The notes: a model not told the origin generated them from the letters alone. DNA of 64,000 bases from Octopus sinensis (GCF_006345805.1 NC_042998.1:92628001-92692000); one strand, 5' to 3'. Counted from the stretch's first letter, positions 51,641 through 63,899 are shown. Numbers and translations: made by a program.

Positions 51641-52514
51641 GAATTTATTCACGGGCTTCTCTTTGACTCCTCCGCTCCGAACCGACGAATCCCACGTTTT
51701 AAATCTTACAGGCCATAATTCTTGATACTGATCTTCTGATATTAAATCATAAACAGCTGAATGAAACATTTAATCGAACTACCAAAATATTTACACGAAG
51801 AATAATTTTTCTCGCTAGTTTCAGAGAATTATATTTTGACCATATATATATCAATATAGACGCAATTTGCTAAATACCAGAAAATTGGCCTATTTAAATC
51901 TTGTAAATATGAAGTATTTCCCCTCAACTAGATTTCGCTGTCTTACTCAAGTGTTTTGGCTTTTGTTGTGAAACTAAAACGCACTAAGTATAATTGGCCT
52001 ACGGTGGTTCATTAAACACAAATGACTAGAGGATTAAAGTGAATTCCAACGAATTGAGAGGTTTTCACGAACTGGATCAAGAATGGTGTTATCTTAAATA
52101 TCATTACGAATTTACATTTAGCAGAAGACGAAAGAAAGACAGAAACTATATCACATTCAAACACTTAGAGTGTACGAAATATTGTGAACTTCAGTTCTGA
52201 AACTATTAAGAGATAAATGAAATGGGAATATAACAGTTATTTTATGTCCTCAAATGCCTAAAATGTCTCTTCTCCCAATGTAATTATTTCCATTTCAATC
52301 ACACATTCTCAGAACAAGCCTCTATGCAAATATAAACATAACTGAATAACTTCGATATGTGTTTGTGTGTGTGTTTATGTACAAGTATGTACATGTATGA
52401 GCGTGTGTGCGTGAATGTGTGTATGTGTGTATATGTGTGTGTTTGTGTACAAGCATGTATATGTATGTGCGTGTGTGTGTGTGTATGTAAGTGAGAGAGA
52501 GAGTAGGTGTATGT

Positions 52515-52690
52515 TTGTGCCTCCTTGTCTTGACATTGAATGGTAGTTGTAAAGGGGCATCACTGTTATACAACAATATTCTGCGAAAATATACCAGGGG
52601 CGATGTTACCTTGCTTAGAAACAGGTGAGGGTTAGCGACAGGAAATTCATCCAACCATAGAAAATCTGTTTTAACTGACTCCGTCCGACA
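52515..52690 (+). mobile_element. SINE/LINE-derived 3' fragment
   Basis: gaaacaggtgagggttagcgacaggaa...tagaaaatctg resembles a common cephalopod repeat tail (from memory). Confidence 0.45.
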
Positions 52691-52788
52691 TATGTATGTA
52701 TGTATATTCATACATATATACATGTATTTATGTATGTATGTATGTATGTTGTATGTATGTATGTATGTATGTATGTATGTATGTTTGT

Positions 52789-52875
<87 letters not shown>

Positions 52876-53582
52876 AAATCCGTTCTGTATGTGTGTGTGT
52901 GTGTCTTCTAGGATCTCGAGCATTCTCCATCCGATTGCGCTCAAATTTGATATGTAGATACTGACGGTATCAGGGTGTATATAAGTCTTGAAAAAATTAC
53001 AAAAATCGATTCCAGGTGAGAATGCGATCGATAAAGCCGTGGGAACGTGCATTTGTCTATCTTTATTTCTTCTTTTGCTGGTGTCTCAAATTTAGGTTAA
53101 ATCATTGTTTCTCAAAGTGGAGGCCTATGGGACGGTCGGACAAGTTGTTTTGAGAAAATTTGGTGTAAATGTTTGACAACTCAGCACCGTCCATTAGACA
53201 GGGGGCGTTTTGCTCGTATCTATATATAAACTTACTTGGAAATGGATGGGTGGAGTTCAATTAAATAACAATATAAATAATTCATATACATGTATGTATA
53301 TATATATATAATTAATTAATAAGGGTGAGAGAATTAGATACTAATTTAATAGTATATCTATTCAACACCAAGTGGCCTAGTGCTCCGAGAAACCTGGATT
53401 ATTATAATATTTTATAATATATTATAATATTTTTACAAAATAAATATAAGAGAGTGGTCACTATATGGCTCACTCTAGCACCAGTTAATCCAAAAGGTTT
53501 CAACCACAAAAATACATGTTTCCCATGAAAGTCAGTACGATTGTTAGCTCACACGGACAGGGCAAATAAAAATAACAAAATA

Positions 53583-53677
53583 CAGATTATTTTGGGACAA
53601 TTGTTTCGCTATTAATGAATTAAATGTAATTTTACTTACAAAAAAATCCACTTGTAGCTCGTCAGCAAAACTATCTG
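53583..53677 (-). ncRNA. Type-I hammerhead ribozyme, copy 1 (1-nt deletion in stem I)
   Basis: Minus strand reads CAGATAGTTTTG-CTGACGA-GCTA..TAGC-GAAA-C-AATT-GTC-CCAAAATAATCTG; predicted cleavage between 53596 and 53595. Confidence 0.8.
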
Positions 53678-54112
53678 GATGAAATCCACTCAATCACACG
53701 CCAGATTTTACCATAACGATAAATACGCGTGTGGTTCAATTGATTACATCCGACGTTATAATTCAAATGCCCCAACTAACAGCGCGCCAAACTTTCACGG
53801 AAAACAAATACTGCATTTAGAAATAAATGCAGCATAATTATAATTAATTAATAAGGGTGAGAGAATTAGATACTAATTTAATAGTATATCTATTCAACAC
53901 CAATGGCCTAGTGCTCCGAGAAACCTGGATTATTATAATATTTTATAATATATTATAATATTTTTACAAAATAAATATAAGAGAGTGGTCACTATATGGC
54001 TCACTCTAGCACCGTTATTCCAAAAGGTTTCAACCACAAAAATACATGTTTCCCATGAAAGTCAGTACGATTGTTAGCTCACACGGACAGGGCAAATAAA
54101 AATAACAAAATA

Positions 54113-54208
54113 CAGATTATTTTGGGACAATTGTTTCGCTATTAATGAATTAAATGTAATTTTACTTACAAAAAAATCCACTTGTAGCTCGTCAGCCAAA
54201 ACTATCTG
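54113..54208 (-). ncRNA. Type-I hammerhead ribozyme, copy 2
   Basis: Minus strand reads CAGATAGTTTTGG-CTGACGA-GCTA..TAGC-GAAA-C-AATT-GTC-CCAAAATAATCTG; predicted cleavage between 54126 and 54125. Confidence 0.88.
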
Positions 54209-54441
54209 GATGAAATCCACTCAATCACACGCCAGATTTTACCATAACGATAAATACGCGTGTGGTTCAATTGATTACATCCGACGTTATAATTCAAATG
54301 CCCCAACTAACAGCGCGCCACGTGAAAGTTTGGCGCGCTGTTAGTTGGGGCATTTGAATTATAACGTCGGATGTAATCAATTGAACCACACGCGTATTTA
54401 TCGTTATGGTAAAATCTGGCGTGTGATTGATGGATTTCATC

Positions 54442-54536
54442 CAGATAGTTTTGGCTGACGAGCTACAAGTGGATTTTTTTGTAAGTAAAATTACATTTAA
54501 TTCATTATAGCGAAACAATTGTCCCAAAATAATCTG
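54442..54536 (+). ncRNA. Type-I hammerhead ribozyme, copy 3
   Basis: Stem I 54442-54454 pairs with 54524-54536 (11 Watson-Crick, 1 G-U, 1 A.A). CTGACGA 54455-54461. Stem II GCTA 54462-54465 / TAGC 54508-54511. GAAA 54512-54515, then C-AATT-GTC with cleavage after C54523. Confidence 0.88.
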
Positions 54537-54974
54537 TATTTTGTTATTTTTTATTTGCCCTGTCCGTGTGAGCTAACAATCGTACTGACTTTCATGGAAA
54601 CATGTATTTTTGTGGTTGAAACCTTTTGGATTAACTGGTGCTAGATTGAGCCATATAGTGACCACTCTCTTATTATTTATTTTGTAAAAATATTATAATA
54701 TATTATAAAATATTATAATAATCCAGGTTTCTCGGAGCTCTAGGCCACTTGGTGTTGAATAGATATACTATTAAATTAGTATCTAATTCTCTCACCCTTA
54801 TTAATTAATTATAATTATGCTGCATTTATTTCTAAATGCAGTATTTGTTTTCCGTGAAAGTTTGGCGCGCTGTTAGTTGGGGCATTTGAATTATAACGTC
54901 GGATGTAATCAATTGAACCATACGCGTATTTATCGTTATGGTAAAATCTGGCGTGTGATTGAGTGGATTTCATC

Positions 54975-55070
54975 CAGATAGTTTTGGCTGACGAGCTACA
55001 AGTGGATTTTTTTGTAAGTAAAATTACATTTAATTCATTAATAGCGAAACAATTGTCCCAAAATAATCTG
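54975..55070 (+). ncRNA. Type-I hammerhead ribozyme, copy 4
   Basis: Same fold. CTGACGA 54988-54994, GAAA 55046-55049, GTC 55055-55057 with cleavage after 55057. Confidence 0.88.
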
Positions 55071-55211
55071 TATTTTGTTATTTTTTATCTGCCCTGTCCG
55101 TGTGAGCTAACAATCGTACTGACTTTCATGGGAAACATGTATTTTTGTGGTTGAAACCTTTTGGATTAACTGGTGCTAGAGTGAGCCATATAGTGACCAC
55201 TCTCTTATATT

Positions 55212-55254
<43 letters not shown>

Positions 55255-55334
55255 TATATGGGTACAGGACGTCATCAACTGTGTAAACAACATGATATAC
55301 GAAAAATAAACGAGTTAAATACTCTAACAACGAG

Positions 55335-56296
55335 AGAAAAAATGGAAAACAGGACAAGTAAACACAGAGAAACGACCCTTCATCAGTTGTCGGCTGTCTA
55401 TCTACTCCTCATTTCGAGCATTCAACGACAATATGAGTTTTCAAAGACAGTTGCTCCCATAAACTCTAAAATAAAATTTGGGATTTACGGAGGATCAAAG
55501 TTGGGAACAAAAACAGGGCAGTGGAGAGATACAAGGAAACCGAATGAAAACAAACATGGAGGGTCGTCAGACCAGAACGAGAGAAAAATAGTGAACATGG
55601 GAGAAATATTTTCTTTGAAAAGAGAAACGATAGAAAAGAGAGAAAGAAAACGTCAAGGCCTTTGAACGTCTGTGCAGGAAAAGAAAGATGGTCACGTGAG
55701 GAAAAGAAAGATGGTTGATATATATTATTTGTATATTATTATTTGATTGAACGCATCCATTTTCAAGTCAGTTTATCTTAACCTTTTCCATGTGACTCTA
55801 CTCTGTACTGTTTTCTCCCCCCATATTTCTCTAATTCCCTTTTTCTCCTCTTCAGCATTTTCTACCTGTCTCTCTTTCCTCCTCTTTCTCTTTTTCTCTC
55901 TCTCGTTGCTCACACGTGACCATCGTCCATCTTTCTTTTCCTCGCGTGACCATCTTTCTTTTCCTGCACAGACATTCAAAGGGCTGGACGTTTTCTTTCT
56001 CTCTCTCTTCTATCTTTTCTCTTTTCATAGAAAATATTTTTCCCAGCGTTCACTATTTTCCTCGCATTCTGGTCTAACAACCCTCCATGTTTGTTTTCGT
56101 TCGGTTTCCTTGTATGTCTCCACTGTTCTGTTTTTGTTCCCAACTTTGACCCTCCATAAATCCTAAATTTTATTTCGGAATTTTTGAGAGCAACTGTCTT
56201 TGAAGACTCATATTGTCGTTGAATTCTCAGACAGCCGACAACTGATGGAGGGTCGTTCTCTTTGTTTATTTGTCTTGTTTTCCATTCTGTCTCTCA
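55335..56296. mobile_element. Inverted pair of ~370-bp repeats (PLE-like pLTR family?)
   Basis: 55335-55712 is the diverged reverse complement of 55928-56296, with a ~215-bp spacer. The family assignment is inference. Confidence 0.7.
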
Positions 56297-56481
56297 TTGA
56301 TACCGGAGTAAGTACATGAATGTGAAACAAGGTGGAAAAAAGAGTACTCAAATACCAGAGGTAGAGTAATATGCGTTATTTAAAAGCAGCAGAAATATAG
56401 CAAAAGCTGTTACTCAGAGTTTCATGAACGTGAAACTCTGGATAACAGCTTTTCTTATATTTCTGCTGCTTTTAAATAAAG

Positions 56482-56515
<34 letters not shown>

Positions 56516-56699
56516 CGTGTGTGTGTGTGTGTGTGTGCGTGTGCGTGTGTGTGTGGTGTGTGTGTGTGTGTATGTGTGTGTATGTGTAGAACGACCGTGC
56601 GAAAAGAAGAGGTGATGAGTGACTGACTCCTTTAAACACCACACGGTCGCCTTACAATAAAACCAAAACATGGATAAATGAATACAGGTGCCAGAAAGG

Positions 56700-57570
56700 A
56701 ATAAGGAGAAGACGACACAACCGTAATATATTTAAGAGAAAGGTTTTATTTAGATGTTAGCATGTGGGTAGCAACGTGTGTCCGTGAGTGCGACATAAGT
56801 ACATACATAATAGTAATAATAATAGACTGGCCGTCAAGCATACAATAATGTGTATGTGTGTACAAACAAGGGTTATGCGTGTGAGATAAAATACAGAGCA
56901 ATAGAAAGAGTCTATAACAGAACGCTAGATGAATGTTCAGACACAAGGTAAATATAGATACTAGTTCGTAGTAAGTTACACAATAGTTAGTTCTGTACAA
57001 GAAGTTGAGGCTACAAATTGCCGAGCCGGTTGAAACTCATGTCGAGTAAGTGGTTGTGGCTTCTATGCTGTGCCGGGTTACTTGATACAGGAAATTCTCG
57101 CAGGTAGAGCTTGCTGTTAACCATGGTGAAATATTCACAAACAGCGTGAAGTTAAACCTAGGCGAATGTTGGCGTCGATAAGATGAAAGCTACGGTGGTG
57201 GAGATGACGTTAAGATTGAAGGCGACGTTAAGTTGAAGTCGACAGTGGTGAAGATCCTGAAATACTGCTGGTGTTGGTGTTGTCGCTAGAACTGGCTGTG
57301 TGTCGCTGGATGCTCTGTAATCGGAGGTTAGTCTTTAGAAGGACTAGAACCAAAGACGCTCGATTCGATGAATCGCTGGGTTTTATAACCAATTATAGGC
57401 TCAAACAGAGCTTTAGAAAAAGTGTCACGGGACCTTATCGGAAGGTTGCGATTGGTTGGGTCGCACATTGTCGCGAAATAAAGCAAGAGACAAACTGCAC
57501 CAAAACCAACCAATCAAAGTAGTGGACAGAACAGGGTCCAAGCGGCCGAAGGTTAACTGATATCTGCTAC
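56700..57570. mobile_element. Probable LTR-like sequence
   Basis: Composition and layout resemble other LTRs here (CCAAT-like motifs, TATA-like tract, gctac ends). No second copy to confirm it. Confidence 0.3.
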
Positions 57571-57694
57571 GTCCGTATTTATGTTATATATGTCAGAGAG
57601 AAAGGATTTCACTAAGGGTCCGCTACATACATACATACATATAATATTATCTATATATATATATATAATATATATATATATATTATATATATAT

Positions 57695-57729
<35 letters not shown>

Positions 57730-57819
57730 GCATATACAAATATACACACACACATACACTATATATGTTGATATATAGGTATATAGATAGATAGATATAT
57801 AGATAAAATATACATACAT

Positions 57820-57860
<41 letters not shown>

Positions 57861-58881
57861 TATATATATATGCATATAATATGTGTGAGTGCTGAAACTT
57901 TACAAGTTGTAAACAAAGCTTACAAGCTGCTAATGATAAAATAAAGAAAAGAAAATTATATATCGTGGAGACAAAATGGAGATATGTGCCAGGGTCATAT
58001 TTAACTAACGTAAAAGAGAAAAACAAGAGACAAAAAAAGAAAAAAACAAACTGTGACTAATATTGTACTAGTCTGCAGCAGAAAATTAATATCTGTTGTG
58101 GTAATAAGATTGTTTGAGGTTACACCGAATTCGGAAACAATTTCATTTCCAACAAAACTACTCAGTGACTTTAAATTGCACCCTCGGAGCCTGGGGGTCA
58201 ACAAGTTCGGACAACTTAACGTCACTGTTGCCACCACCACCGCAGCTCTGTGTAAATATATCATCTGATATATTTTTAGCTCAGCGTTTTTCGTAAATTA
58301 GGCAGCTTAAAAGTGGATCCAATTTAATTTAGAACATACGTACCCGCCACACTGGTCGAAATCATCGCTACGTCCTTGAGTTATGACACAGATTATCTTT
58401 AACAACTTTTAAACCTGAAAGCTTCAGCATTTTAAATGTTGATTTAATGATACTTATAGTGCATAATTTCAAACATGTGAAATATGGAAAATAGAATTTA
58501 ATGATAAAACCCGAATCCGGTCAATGTCCTACGACATTTCAATAAATATTCTCAAGTGAAAAAGATTTTTTTATGCTACAAATTTTACAAGATAAACTGT
58601 ATGCTTTGAATTAGTCTTCACAAAATAACTGGTAGGAATTCTTACAAATTCATTCATAACCAGAGAAGGGGGGAAATTATTATTCGGTGGGTGAAAAGCT
58701 AGCTGTGCTGTTGGTGATTTAAAGCAAAAAATGAGTAAAATATAAAAGGAATATCAGAGATATAAATGGCTCTTTTTAAATAATTTATATCAAATTAAAA
58801 ATAAACGAAAACTAATAAAAGCATTTCTTCAATGTTGAATTTGACAGATCAACTTTATCTATACATACATACATACATACA

Positions 58882-58912
<31 letters not shown>

Positions 58913-59075
58913 GCATATACGTACAAGCACATGCACACATACATTTATATTTGCATACACACACACCTATACATGTACTCACATGTCTATATGTATGTAA
59001 ACGTGTAACTTTGTACAGATATTTTGTATGGATCAGGACACTGGACATGTGTTAGTGATGTTAAATGAAAAATCT

Positions 59076-59114
<39 letters not shown>

Positions 59115-59298
59115 AAGAGAGTGGGGGAGAATATATATATGCGTGTGGAAAAGAATATGGGTGTTAATGTGTATGTATGTGTATGGTTCAATTAGACACG
59201 TTACATCTGTAAGAAGCGAGAACATTTCACTTTAGTCTGCCAACAACAACAAAGAACTGCAATAGTCATTCCACGAAATGAGAAGAACGTTGATTTAG

Positions 59299-59334
<36 letters not shown>

Positions 59335-59924
59335 TATACTAATATACTATCGTTCTAATAGCACACCTCAGACAGAATATCTACAGCGTGTTCAGTTGCT
59401 GTGATGAATAGAAGGTGGAAAATAAAAAGACTAAGAACGAAAAGTGCATAAAGAAGGTCACTGATCCAACAGACTGAGTTAGTTTGGTGCTATTGTTGCA
59501 ATAGCAGATGAATTACATTGCATTGACTCGAAAGGTCTTAGCAAAACTATACGCAGAAAATGCCATGTACTTATATCAACACTGGAAGCTATAAGAAATG
59601 GAATGCCGAGAGCAAAGTTATTCACTGTTATATCTAAGTTGATTACAGAACCAGTCTTTCAGCCATTTCTAACATACTGATTTCTTCGTTACAAATGGTT
59701 AAGGCTACACACTTCAGAAGTCATTACCGACAATCTAGCGAAGTAATAATATAGCTACTTAGGCCTCATAAGAGTTGAACATCGTGGTACTCACGTTTTC
59801 CTTCTTTTCCGATGACTCATATCATCGGAAAAGAAATAATATAGATACTAAGGATACAACCATGTTAAGAAGACTAGCTTCGAAGGAAGAAGATTGTGTA
59901 CGTGCATGCATACATACACGCACG

Positions 59925-59965
<41 letters not shown>

Positions 59966-60049
59966 ATTAGTATTTTTTTTAAAGCGTTGAGAATTTTGAA
60001 AATAATATTACGAGGTTGCTAAAATTCAAATATATTTCTAGGTTAATAT

Positions 60050-60462
60050 CACTTTGACCGACAGTTTTTTAAAATAATTTCCACGTAACTAAACACTTTT
60101 AAACTTCGTATACTGGTAGAATGTGTTTATAAAACATCTTTTTCTCTTGGCTTTATTGAGAAAATTCTATAGTTTGTAAGATATTTGTTGTTTTTTTCTT
60201 CAATTTCTGCAATTTCAACCAATCAATGACGTCTATTGAGGTGAAAACATTCTGTGCCGTATGAATATGTCCCTCGTTTAAGAAATAGATTGGGTTTATT
60301 TACATTTCTAAAGAAAAAAAGATACCCTTCCCCCCCCATCCCTAACCCTAACTCTAACCCTAAGACAGATTGAAATGCAATAGATCGATACTAGGGTCAT
60401 AATTATGGGTGACAATTTCATATGACGCCGCTAGAAAAAACTGCCGGTCAAACCGAAAAGAT
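60050..60462. mobile_element. Second copy of the 33824-34221 MITE
   Basis: Collinear internal match. Right TIR aaaaaactgccggtcaaaccgaaaagatcc; left TIR decayed. Confidence 0.8.
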
Positions 60463-60667
60463 CCTATTGCTAAATAATCCTTTCCACTTACAGAGAAAAA
60501 GCCTGGACTTATCGATTACATCGACTGCAATGCTTCTGTTTCTATCTCAACATGTCCGCGAAGAGATTTTCTTTTCAAACAAAAACCACACCAGCGTACC
60601 TTTAAACACAGCAATTACTTAATTACACAACGTGTGTTTTTTTTTCCTTAAAAACCTATTTCAATTA

Positions 60668-60700
<33 letters not shown>

Positions 60701-60855
60701 ATTGTTGTCCTGGGAGATTCATACTGCTTTAATTCTGACACTCACCTGTTCAATTTCCACTTATTTGTTATTTATATTTTTTCTCCCCACCGAAAAATTT
60801 CCAAAATTTTCGTTGCTTGTGCAACTTAGTCAATGGATGTTCACACACACACACA

Positions 60856-60898
<43 letters not shown>

Positions 60899-60966
60899 AA
60901 AGAGAAGAAACGAAAATGGAGATTGGAAAGTTATAATTTTTATTATTAAGAACAAATCAATCATCA

Positions 60967-61050
60967 TCTCTTACAGCTGTTTCAATTAATACTCAGTGAA
61001 TTAATTAAATATTAAATTCATATATCCTGAACATAATATCTTCAGAGGGG
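60967..61050 (-). ncRNA. Degenerate type-I hammerhead ribozyme motif
   Basis: Minus strand reads CCCCT-CTGAAGA-TATTA..TAATT-GAAA-C-AGCT-GTA-AGAGA. Cores intact, palindromic stem III loop and GUA triplet; mismatches in stem I and at the first pair of stem II. Confidence 0.55.
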
Positions 61051-61142
61051 AAAAATACACCCTTGTATATTTTATATATGTGGGAGAGAAAACCTAAACA
61101 ATCCTTAGCTGAACGATCCACAAGTGCTTTGCTTTACTGTAG

Positions 61143-62455
61143 GTGTGGTATGACATTGATATTCTAGTTAGGACAAAGTCTAGTAACTGTGGTGTAGAAA
61201 CTGAGAGGAGCATAATGGAGAGCATCCAGCACATAGCTAACTCCATCCACCAAAGTATCAAGGTAACTGTAGATTACCCCACTAGGCAGCTTAATAATAG
61301 GCTCCCTGTCCTTGATACTAAACTTTGGTTAGAGACTGTGAACAACAGAGTGCAGCTCCTCCACTCCTATTACATGAGACCCATACCTTCTAAATATGTT
61401 GTTCACAAAAACTCAGCTTTGTCACATAACATGAAAATCAACATACTAATAGCAAAATTAATTAGGATAATGAATAACGTGTCCCCCCTATGCGACCGTT
61501 ACGAGACAAAGGAACATGTAGAGAACTTCATGCACCGCATACAATTCTCTGGATATGACCAGAAAGATAGGCTTCCAGTATACAGGGGAGCTAGAATGAA
61601 CTTAGATAGCATTATATGTAATGAAACCTGCCCTAGATATAGAAGTAGAGACTGGAATAGGATATAGAGAGTTTGTGACAAAGCAATCAAGGTGAACACA
61701 TGGTACAAGGCCGACAAATATCAAGGAGTGATATTTGTAGAGGACACAGCCCATGGAGAACTAGTCCGAAGATTTAGGAAAACTCTGAAGGAGGCCAAAC
61801 TCAACATTGAAAAGCCAGGGAGCTCCATCAGATCATAATTATGTATTTTATTGATTCGAATTGTATGGATTTTATTGATTCGAAGAGTTTATATATATAT
61901 TATTACATAGATACATACATACACATGCACACACATACACAGATATATACACAAAGCACGCACACACGGACAAAGGCATACACACACGCACCCACAAATA
62001 TACATATATACATACATGCATGTACGCATACATACATACATCTGATAGCCTAGAATACATAACATACATACATACGTAAGAGCACTCTGTCGGTTACGAT
62101 GACGAGGGTCCCAGCTGATACGATCAACGGAACAGCCTGCTCGGGAAATTAACGTGCAAGTGACTGAGCAATCCACAGACACACGTACCCCTAACGTAGT
62201 TCTCAGGGAGATTCAGCGCGACACAGAGTGTGACAAGGCCGGCCCTTTGAAATACAGGTACAACACATATTTGCCAGCTGAGTGGACTGGAGCAACGTGA
62301 AATAAAGTGTCTTGCTCAAGGACACAACGCGTCGCTGGGAATCGAATTCACGACCTTACAATCGTGAGCTGAATGCCCTAACCACTAAGCCACGCGCCTT
62401 CACTACATACATACATACATACATACATACATACATACATACATACATACATACA

Positions 62456-62486
<31 letters not shown>

Positions 62487-62880
62487 CTAAACACACAAAG
62501 CCAAACATTCCATTCAACCTGGCAAACCGAATTTGCGCAGAAGTAGTAAAGAATGCTAGATGCACCAATGAGGATTACCTGATATGTAAGATTAACCCTG
62601 GCATTAACTGTAGAACTAGAAAATTAGAAATGTAGTCTGTAGGATAAGGTGCGTAAAGACAAGAACATGACATACACTGTGGGGACATCTAGAAGTATTG
62701 CGGAGAGACTAAACGAACATTTGAGACAATATGACGACAAAAAACAGTCCTCCATACTCTACCAACATACCAAAGACCAGCATGGAAGCACACTGGGTCG
62801 ACTTGATATCTACATTTTATCAAAGCACCCGGAAGACCCAACACTCAGATAAACATCGCCAGTACTAAATATACGTGGAA
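61143..62880 (+). mobile_element. Penelope-like element relic: RT C-terminus plus GIY-YIG endonuclease
   Basis: IKVTVDYP...RLPVLDTKLW...HSYYMRP..SKYVVHKNSAL...KINIL...FMHRIQFSGY (PLE RT thumb region). TYTVGTSRSIAERLNEH...SILYQH..DQH...IYILSKH..DPTLR (GIY-YIG). Interrupted at about 61840-62480 by microsatellites and a SINE. Confidence 0.85.
62078..62402 (-). mobile_element. tRNA-derived SINE family C nested in the PLE
   Basis: Minus-strand head GGCGCGTGGCTTAGTGGTTAGGGC (A box)...GAATTCGATTCC (B box), then gttgtgtccttgagcaagacactttatttcac. Confidence 0.88.
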
Positions 62881-62889
62881 GGTAGCGAT

Positions 62890-63480
62890 ATTCCAATACG
62901 CACAGTTTATACAGGTAGATATACACACGCAAACACACACACACACACGCGCGCACACGCACACGCACGCACACACACACACACACACACACAGACACCA
63001 CACAAACACACACACATATATATTTCTATAAGTAGGTAAATGGATAAGTAAGTAAACAGGTAGATATGTAGATAGGGGGGTGCATAGGTAATATGGACAG
63101 GCAAGCACACACACACACACACACACAAACACATACATACACAAAAGAAGACTGAAACATACGACCATATACACATACGCACACTTCACACACATACGAA
63201 CACAAACGTGAACACACAAATACATGAATATGCAGAATACATACATAGAAATGTACACACACGCATACATATATATGCATACACACATACATACATTCAT
63301 ACATACACACATACATACATGCATACATACATACATACATACATACATACATGCATGCATGCATGCATGCATACATACATGCATACATGCATACATACAT
63401 ACATACATACATACATACATACATACATACATACATACATACATACATACACACATGTATGTATGTATACACATACATAG
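62890..63480. repeat. Compound (CA)n/(CATA)n/(CATG)n tract
   Basis: Direct read. Confidence 0.93.
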
Positions 63481-63717
63481 TGGCGCACACATACGCGCAC
63501 AAACAAAAAAAAACACAGCTCCAATGACAGACAGAGTCAACCCCTTTTGAAGAGGTTGCAAGAAGCAACGAAAATGTTAGAAAAAATAAGGAAATGAGTG
63601 GGAATCGATTCGGTGAGTGTGTTTAATTAATAAGGTGGCGATCATTCGGTACTAGTAACATAACTGCCAATTATAAACCCACGTGGGTTTATTTACATTT
63701 CTGAAGAAAAAAGATAC

Positions 63718-63720
<3 letters not shown>

Positions 63721-63802
<82 letters not shown>

Positions 63803-63804
63803 CA

Positions 63805-63899
<95 letters not shown>
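63721..63899. repeat. (TA)n-(TG)n-(TCTA)n microsatellite
   Basis: Direct read. Confidence 0.96.

Larger units (their letters stand above)
53311..55217. mobile_element. Hammerhead-ribozyme array: ~533-bp unit, two tandem plus two inverted copies (retrozyme/PLE-pLTR-like)
   Basis: Unit starts at 53311 and 53843 (period 532). Inversion junction cagcgcgcca|cgtgaaagtt|tggcgcgctg at 54311-54340. Inverted copies run to 55217. (TA)n on both sides; no ORF longer than 80 aa. Confidence 0.9.

Noticed and set aside
55370-55430. CTGATGA plus upstream GAAA on the minus strand (type-II hammerhead?)
   Set aside because: Stems I and III cannot be paired, and the other arm has CTGATGG and lacks the GAAA segment.
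58300-58390. Possible minus-strand start exon (ATG ATT TCG...G|GTACGT)
   Set aside because: Very short; such motifs arise by chance.
62330-62402. tRNA gene
   Set aside because: A and B boxes are present but run directly into SINE body sequence; the cloverleaf is imperfect.
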